In this document: piece after piece, positions 55,241 through 64,000 of the stretch
Layout: each line of letters begins with the position of its first letter
Numbering within the stretch: the stretch's first letter is position 1
NCBI RefSeq assembly: GCF_009914755.1
Contig: NC_060938.1
Length of the DNA stretch: 64,000 nt
Origin: the human T2T-CHM13v2.0 reference genome, Homo sapiens
Direction: 5' to 3' (one strand)
Notes under the pieces: model-generated
Told to the model about the DNA's origin: nothing
Databases searched by the model: none
Seen by the model: the letters and a program-made list of their open reading frames with translations, nothing else
Made by a program: the position numbers and the translations under genes

Positions 55241-57371
55241 GAGCTGCCTCAACCTGGGAGAAAAGTGACACAAGCACCCCTGTGGCTGCCACCACTGGGA
55301 CAGCACTGGGGCAGACCCGAAGCCAGCACAGCTCTGCAAATTGCTCAAGGCCCACAGTGACCACTGCCTGGCTACCACCTTTCTTTACCAAGTCCCAAAG
55401 CATCTACAATTAGCAGGTGGCAAGTCTAGTCCGGCTTGTCTTTCCCCTCAGGGTGGTGACGTCTGGAGATGCTATCTGAGATCTGGGGCCTGGAGATGGG
55501 AACCTTAGTATTCTATCTGGTACTCTATTCTGCTGTGGCTGAGCTGGTAACCAAGTTGCAAGACAAAGTCCTTCCCACCCTTTCCTCCACTTTGCTTTAT
55601 CAGAGGAGTCTGTCCCTGTTGCCACCACTGTCCCAGTCCTGCAGCAAGTACTGCCTGGCTATCGCTGATATTCACTCAAGACCCAAGGGATTTTCAGTCA
55701 GCTTATGGTGAATGTTGATTCTCTCCCTTCATGGCAGCAGACTCCTATCTGGCCTAGGATAAGTCTAGAAATGCCATCCAGGAGCCAAGGCCTAGAACTG
55801 AGTATCCCAAGAGCCTGCTGGGTGCTCTGCCCTCTGTGGCTGAACAGGTACCTAAGCTGCAACACAAAGTTCCCTTTACTTTTCCCTTTCCTTTTCTCAA
55901 GTAGAAATGTTCTTCCCTCTTAGCGATCATAGCTAGGGACGTGTTGGGTTGCACTTGAATCCAGCATGACTCTGGGTCTCACCCAAGGTACATGGTGAGT
56001 ATTGCCTAGCTACCTTTGTGCTACTACTATACCTTCAGGCAGGACTCCTTAGCCAGCCGGTGATGGATCCTGCCAGGTCTGGGTCCTTCCCTTCAAGGCA
56101 GTGGGCTCCTTTCTGGCCCATGGTGTGTTTAGAAATCTCTTCTGTGAGCTAGAGCCTAGAATGGGGACCTCAGGACTCTGCTGGGTGCCCTATTTTGCTA
56201 TGACTGAGCTGGTATCCAAGTTGCAAGATGAAATTCTATTTACTCTTCTCTCCACAAGGGAAAGAGTCTCTCCTGGACCTTCAAGCTATACTGCATTCCC
56301 TTGGCTACCTTGGCTGGTGTCTCACTAGATTGCATGCAACCCAAGTCCACTGGCTCTAAGCCCAGAATAGCAACAGGACTTGACCAGGAATTGCACTCCT
56401 TGTGGCCTAGACTGCTTTTCAAGTGTTTTTAGGACCCCAGAGCACTTTTAGGCTGCAGTAGTGGGGCTTGCTGGAACTCAGGTTCCAACTACTGGAATGG
56501 AAGATTTGCCTCTGGCTAATAGTGGTCTAAACACTTCCTCTGCGAGCACTAGCTGAGCTCTGCCTGCATTGCTTTCCTCTGTGACAGGGTAGCAGTGAGT
56601 TCCAATGCAAAGTCCCACAGTCCCTGAGCTGCCCCTCCTTCAAGCACACAGTCTCTCCCTTTATGCCACATGATTACTGCACAGGAATAAGGAAGAGGGG
56701 GTGTCAATAATTCAAGACTGCCTTTTCTGTCCTCTTCAGTGCCTCTTTCCTTAATATGATGTAACAATAAGGTATTGGGATTACTCCCGTGAGTTCTGGT
56801 TCTTATGAAGTTACTTTTTTGTGTAGGTAGTTGTTCAATATGATTTTCCTGCAGGGAAGGACAAGTGCTGGAGGCATCCATTCAGCAATCCTGTTCTATC
56901 TCCTCCCCTACATTTCATCCTTTTTATTTTTCTGTGATATTTTGTTAGGCATATTTTTTGCTAGAAGCATATAGTTGACTTTTGATTTTCAATGGAAAAA
57001 GCAGTTGTATGTTAATAGGAGATGCTGGTCCTTACCCTTTTTTTGTCATACCAGATGCTTGCTCTTCTGTCATCTCACTTTATGAATTGTGTCATTTATA
57101 GCTTTGCTTTATTTGTTTCTACAGGCTGATTTATGTAATACTTTCTTTTTGTTGTTAATATCTTAGTTGACCTAGAAAGAATCCAATCCCAGATCAATTT
57201 TATAAATAAGAATAAGAAAATAATTCTTGAAAGCAAATTACTGACCCTAATTTTTCCTTCCATCTCCCTGTTTTTAACCCATTCATCAATATAAGTTTAC
57301 AGGTGTAGAATAAGCACAATTTCATGTGTTTCTCAGGCTTTGCAATATCTGCTGAAACTGTATTTTATTGT

Positions 57372-57692
57372 ATTGTATTATTTTTTATTTATTTTACATT
57401 TGTATTTTTTGAGACAGAGTCTTACTCTGTCACCCAGGCTGGAGTGGAGTGCTGCCATCTCGGCTCGCTGGAACCTCTGCCTCCTGGGTTCAAGCGATTC
57501 TTCTGCCTCAGCCTCCTAAGTAGCTGGATCAACAGGCACATACTACCATGCCAGGCTAACTTTTGTATTTTTAGTAGAGATGGGGTTTCACCATGTCGTC
57601 CAAGCTGATCTTGAACTCCTGACCTCAGGTGATCCGCCCACCTGAGCCTCCCAAAGTGTTGGGATTATGGGCGTGAGCCACCATACCAGGCC
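57372..57692 (-). mobile_element. AluS SINE
   Basis: Reverse dimeric Alu with a degenerate T-rich tail. Confidence 0.93.
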
Positions 57693-60189
57693 TGTTTTTA
57701 TTATATATTGTTAGCAGGCTTTTCCCCTGGGCAGACTGGAGCAAATTTGACATTTACCAGATATTGCTACCTAAGAAACGTAGGACTGAATACTTCCCGA
57801 TTATTTGTTGTAAGCTATCCTCCAAGAAAGACCCAACCTGCTAAGACAAAGGTTCCTGAAAGAGAGTAGCATTGACTGACAGCCTCTCCAGTGTTTTTGA
57901 AAAACAAAAACCATGACTATAACAACTGTGACTAAATAAAAACTGCCTGGTACAGAAAAGGAAGAAAAAAGCTGATATGCATCCAGGAGAAATAAGTATA
58001 CCATTTTCTTAGTTCTGGACATATATCCAGTTTGGTAATGTGCAGCTTCCTTGGGTTTCCATGAGATTTTTCTGTTGAATCTTTTCATTCAAAAAGGTAT
58101 ATAACAATGGGTATGTTTTTACAACAACAAGGGTCATTTTCCCCATTTAAACACCATAGACCTTTCCTATGTTCTTCTGTTATCCACTACTGCAGATACA
58201 AGACTATAATCAGCCTGGCTACCTTATATACATTATTACAATTTTTATCTATCTGAATTCTCATGCAGATTTTTCATTGGCTTGTTAAATCATATATGTT
58301 CTTCAAAATGGGTTATAGTTGAGTGTCTCTTTTCACTGTGATAGTCTGAAATTACAATGAAGTCTGTAAATTAGCTTGTCTGTTACTTTTTATAAATTAC
58401 CCTTAGCCACATGTTTGATTATTACTTCTATGCCATATGTTCTAATTTCTCACTTTTGTGCATATATAAATGCTATCCTGGAAATACATTTTCTTAATGC
58501 CATTCATACCTATCATTTTAAGTTACTTTTACCTGCATTCTAGGCAGTTTCCTCATGGTCAGATTATAGTGGTATATATCGATATATAGTGGTTTTAGGT
58601 TTTTTGGAGTCAGTTTTGCTCTTTAAAACTTTCCATGAAGTTTTAAATTTTGATATCATAATGTTAGGTTTATTAACACCACATCAGAACTAAAACATTT
58701 TTGAAAATTTGAATACTTATCTCTGGAGAGAAACTTGGAGCACACAGCTATTAAAAAGTTAGAGAGAAAGCTAATAAACAGATATCTATACACTGCTAAT
58801 GATGAATTGGATATGTCTAATTGCATAGGAATTGAGAGGCATCTGTAATTTATCTCAATTCTTTAAGATGGCTGTGTTCAGTTTTTATCATACTTTTTGA
58901 ACACAGTGTCCATATGTCTGATTTACCAAACTCAAGACCCCAATACATAATGTAAACGCACTTTTTGGCTACAATCACTTTATTTCCAGAATGTAACCTG
59001 AAATTTTAGTGGTGTTCTCAACGTATCACACCATATTCCAGATGACCGTGACATTATACAAAACAAGACATCTGGATTTATTTGCTCAATTTGCCATTCA
59101 CCCATTCATTCAGGTAACTCATGCATCAACATTCTGTAATATGTGATACTCAACTGATTCTCAGGCATACAGATATGTAGAAAAGTTAAAAAAATAATAA
59201 CAGCCAGCACTTTGTTGCAGCTCTCAATGAGTTCATAGTTTCCTTGTGGGAGATGATGAAACTAGCTATATCATCATCTTATAAAAGGTAAATTGGCAAT
59301 AGGAACAGAGAGTGGTTGGAGAATAGAGTGAGGAAGATACAGTAACAATATGATATCAGCAGGGACAATGAGTGAGCTGTCTCTGTGGCTGGCCACTTCC
59401 GTTACTAGATTCTTTAATTTTTCAGAGAATAGTACGTATGTTCATTATGTTTAAATGCTTGCATCATCTCTAAGGTGATATGCAACTGAGTTTTTAAAAC
59501 TCTTGACTAAAAAAAACTTTCTAGGGAGTTATCATACTCCTGATCTGTGGCACAAAGAAAGATTCTATGTAAAATCTATGTCAGAGTACTTAATGCAGTA
59601 GGAAGGAATGCATTTCTGCTATGAACTAAACAAGCGAAGTCCCCTTACTGAAAAGTACATCCTCCATTTTTCAGCTGTAAGTGACAATGTCTGATAAATA
59701 TTTTCAATTTGCGTTCCTTCTTAGCTAATTTAAATCCAGAGGGAGACACTTGTGCACAAATGAGTGGATAATGTAAACTGTCTTTATCTTAATTTGCTGG
59801 TACCTGTTTGAATAATCTTCTCTTTTTCATCTCAATTTAATGAACATGGATAAGGACTAAATGTATGTAAACATGATAAAGAGTGAAGGGAAATGTAAAA
59901 CCTACAAGGGGAAGAAATTCCACTGGCTCCATAAGAAAATTGAGGAGACAAAAATCAAAGGAAAAAGAACACGGCATAATAGAAAAGCAAATTAAACACC
60001 AATCTAAGCACTGGCACATATTTATATATAAAGTGTTTGAAAAATAACTGTACCTTTTTTCTTTTCCATATTTAAAATATTATGTGTTTTCTGTGCATTT
60101 GGTGATTTTTTTAGGTTTCGTGAAAAGAGATTAATGTAATTTTACAACAAATACTATATATCAAAGTGGATACAATGATAAAAACAAGC

Positions 60190-60350
60190 ATAGATTCAAA
60201 TTCTGGCTCTTCTGTATGTAAATTGGATGACCTAGGATAAACTAAGTAAACTAATGTTTGAAATAAAAATGCTCGTATTATCTTACAATAAGAAAGCATT
60301 GACTATTTTCTGCTAAGTGTTTACCCATATGCCTGGTAGAGATAACAATC
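60190..60350 (+). mobile_element. MIR fragment
   Basis: 'tagattcaaattctggctcttct...tgacctaggataaactaa'. Confidence 0.5.
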
Positions 60351-60819
60351 AATATTGGTTTCATCAAATAAACACACACACAAATGCACACACACACAAA
60401 TGCACACACACACACGCGCACACTCGTGTCCACACACAGGCAGCCCCTCCCAGATGCCCTTTTTTATTCTAGACAAAGTTTCTTTTCTAACTGACTTTCA
60501 ATGCCATGAGAAGGTACTACCATTTGGAGAACTAACTCAATTGGGAGCTGCAGTCTGATACTTGCTCGTCTGCTATGGGGCCTTATTAAAATTTTTATTT
60601 TCTAAATAATATGCAAGGCATATATTCAAATTTTGTAGAACTTTTGAGGCAAAGATGATACTTTCAATGCAAACAAGACAATCACATCTCATCAGAGAGT
60701 CTTTTGATTCTTAATTCAAAACAAAGGAGCATTTTTTTTTCTCTTCCAGAGGTAAAAATTTGAAAACACACCCTCAAATCACAATTAGAGGTCGAGGAAT
60801 AATAGAGGCAAAGTAAAGT

Positions 60820-61617
60820 TGGTAGATAGGTATGTACATAGGTAGGTAGATAGATATGTAGATAGATAGATAGATAGATTGGTAAATACATAGGTAGGTA
60901 GATAGGTAGATAAGTAAGTAGATAGGTAGGTACATTGTTAGATAGATGTGTAGATAGGTAGGTAGATTAGATAGGTAGATAGGTATGTGGGTAGATAAGT
61001 AGGTAGGTAGGTAGATAGGTAGATTACATAAGTAGATAGATAGGTAGATAGGTATATAGGTAGATAGATTACATAAGTAGATAGGTAGATTAGTAGGTAG
61101 GTAGGTTGGTAGGTAGGCAGATAAGGAGATAGATTGGTTGATAGGTAGGTAGATAGGTAGGTAGATTAGATAAGTAGATAGGTATGTAGGCAGGTAGGTA
61201 GATAAATAGGTAGGCAGATAGGTAAATAAATAGGTAGATAGGTATGTAGAGAGATAGGTAGGTAGGTAGGTAGGTAGATAGACAGGTGGATAGGTAGGTA
61301 GATAGGTAGGTAGGTCAGTAGGTAGGTAGGTAGACAGGAAAGTTGTAGGTTGATAGGTTAGGTAGATTAGATAGGTAGGTAGGTAGATAGATAGGAAGGT
61401 AGACTAGGTAGGTAGATAGGTAGGTAGATACATAGATACATAGGTAAGAAAATAGGTAGATAGGTAGGTAGATAGGTAGATAAGTAGGTAGATAGGTAGG
61501 TAGACTAGGTAGATAGGTAGTTAGGTACATAGGTAGATAGATGGATAGGTAGATAGATAGGTAGATAGGTAGACTAGACAGGTAGGTAGGTAGAATACAT
61601 AGGTGATAGGTAGGTAA
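60820..61617. repeat. Complex (TAGA)n/(TAGG)n tetranucleotide tract, ~800 bp
   Basis: Seen directly. Confidence 0.97.
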
Positions 61618-63268
61618 ATTTTGAAATTAAATTTCTTATGTAGAAATTTCCAGATCTATAGGGCAAGTAATATCTTCTCTAAATCTCATTTTGTTTCAGA
61701 CTTTGTTGCTGAGAATTTTATATACACAGAAATGAATATATGGCATGTATGCATATGTATATATATATTACTTTACATATGTACATATATGTACATGTAT
61801 TTCTGCTTTAACCCAACAGTTTCCAAAACAAAGATTAACAAACTCAGACTTCAGTAATGACAGAATATCATCATTCTAACAAGTCTCACTTCCTTCTGCA
61901 GACACTGATGTATAAATTCCAGATATGACAATCTCCTAAAATCCTGTAATCTTCTCATATTCCCCCAATTTTTTGAAAAGTATGTTTGTTTTTCTGGAAT
62001 ATAACTCTTTCTCTATAAAGTAAAAAATGGTGAGTAACTAAAATCTAAATAAGAAAAAAATACAAATTCATTAGTACTTCACTATTTAAAAACCATTATA
62101 AAGTAAAAACACAGAATATCATGAGTATGCAAAACATTTAAATTTTGCTTAGCTGCTTCCCAAAGGAAAAGCAGACTTAACACTGTAGTCTGCTGAAAAA
62201 GGATAGTGGATAGAAAAGAAGAGAAATAAAAAATAAAATAATTATTTGGAGAAAGAAGCAAAATCTGAAAAGATATGATAATGACTTACTGAAGTATATA
62301 TGATAATGTGACCACTATATTTATCTTCTTTATACATTTTGAGATATAAAATATGTAGATAGATATATTTTCACACATACATCTTGTGTAGTGGGAAGAA
62401 AGAAAGAGCTTTTGATATTTGGATAAAAAGCATTTCTGTACTTCTGTGTCATTTTGTGCACATTCCTAAGGTAACATCACAATGGACTATTTGTTTATTA
62501 ATATGTCTTTTATTTTGATTGTCACTGCCCTAAGAGCAGGTAGCAGAATTTCTTATTTCTTATGAAATTGCTTATTATCTCCATGCTTCGTATCCATATT
62601 AAATACCTATTAAATAAATTATTAAATCAATGAATACCAACCTGTCATATAGGAAATATTTCTTAATCCTAAATTCCTCTCAGTAACGGCCCATTTATAT
62701 ATGCATATTTTAAGAAAAAGACATCCGATTAAGAGAAAATTTTGTATCTGGTCTCTTTGAAGTCAGCCTGGCATGAAAGCCTCTCTGAATTGCATGTTCA
62801 CATTTATGATTTCCTAAGGAGGAAGTTATTCTATTGTGCTAACCAGACTTTGCATAGCTACTGATTATTAAGTAGATCCCAGATTGAGCATGATATTAAT
62901 TCTTTTTACAAAGAACAATAATTTAATTTTATTGGGCAGAGATCTTGGCATACGTATCACATCCTATAGAGCAATAAACAATATAAAAAATGTCTTTCTC
63001 TTTTGATTAGATTTCAAAGGACTGAAAGCATCTTTGCTTCTATCGCCATCATTTGTTTATCATTGTCCTATTTTTATGTGTAAAAATTAGAAATCTATGA
63101 ACCAAAGATTGCATTTATTTTGAATTAAAGCAGAAGGGGGCATCTGCTCTATGACACCATGGAGTGCCAGACACAAACAGCAACCTAGGATATTGAGAAG
63201 AGCAGAGGATTTTGTCAGTGAGTTGATACAAATGCATTTTCTGATTTCTGGTGTTTACCAAATGTTCC

Positions 63269-63684
63269 TGCTATGGCTTCTTTGTCCTCTCCAAGCCTCA
63301 TGTTGGAATTTGATCCTAATGTTGGACATGGGCCAAATAGGAAGAGTTTGGTACATGGGAGAGGATTTCTCATGAATAGATTAATGTCATCCATTAATGG
63401 TGACTGAATTCTTGCTCCATTATATTCACATGAAAGCTGGTGGTTGAAAACAGCCTGAAACGACCTCTGTCCCCACTTCCTCTCTAGCCACGTATCTCTG
63501 AACATGCTGGCCCCTCTTTACCTTCTGCCATGAGTAGAGGCAACCTGAAGCCCTCAGCAGATGCAGATGCCAGTGTCATGCTTCTTGCACAGCCTGCAGA
63601 TCCATGAACCAAATAAATCTCTCTTCTGTATAAGTTACCCAACCTCAGGTATTTGTTTATGGCAACACCAAGTAGACTATGGCA
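63269..63684 (+). mobile_element. MST-family (MSTB1/C/D-like) MaLR solo LTR
   Basis: tgctatggc...gcagatgcagatgccagtgtcatgcttcttgcacagcctgcaga...aataaatctctcttctgtataagttaccc; TSD gttcc/gctcc. Confidence 0.85.
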
Positions 63685-64000
63685 GCTCCTTATTCCTTTT
63701 TTTACAACCATATTGTCCACACTGGCTGAGTTGTCATCCTATCTTTCCAATTGATTAACAATATCCAAAATGAGAACAAGGTCATTACACTGCTTGGAGT
63801 AGATGCCAGAAACCCACAGTTGAATTCCAAATGTGCAAACCTCTGGGCTGACAGAGATGCTCATAGACCCATCTTTTTATGGTAGTTGTGCCAAAAGAAA
63901 AATCTAAAGAAGGCAGAGGAGTTCTGTTGAAACACTCACAGGAGTATGTTTCTTTTCTCTGGCAGAGCTTTTAGCTCTTTGCTGTGGTTTCTTCTCTGCG

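Larger units (their letters stand above)
49425..56910 (-). mobile_element. Near full-length old L1 (L1MA1-3-like), degenerate with internal deletions
   Basis: L1MA 3' end on the left; ORF2 and ORF1 remnants; long 5' UTR ~55000-56910; TSD-like cat(t/c)ctttttatt on both sides. Confidence 0.9.

Overview
AT-rich primate (most likely human) intronic or intergenic DNA dominated by transposable elements. I see no intact protein-coding gene; the ORF track consists of Alu, L1 and ERV remnants and chance ORFs. Main content: (1) a 5,726-bp two-LTR HERV-H provirus of the common deleted type on the minus strand (35683-41408), with a tRNA-His PBS, LTRs ~98% identical, and gag zinc-knuckle and protease remnants; (2) a solo LTR12C (47099-48907, minus) with a triplicated 131-bp U5 unit; (3) a near full-length old L1MA (49425-56910, minus) with a fold-back inversion scar at the RT active-site region; (4) a complete MSTB MaLR element with nested MER41A and Alu insertions; (5) a solo MER41B with both GAS motifs; (6) about 14 Alus, one trimeric, plus MLT, MIR, L2 and MER elements, small tandem duplications and an ~800-bp TAGA/TAGG repeat. 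I found no evidence of a genuinely new biological system. The best leads are TE-derived regulatory elements and repair or recombination scars. Repeat family calls are from memory of consensus sequences, so subfamilies and the edges of old repeats are approximate.
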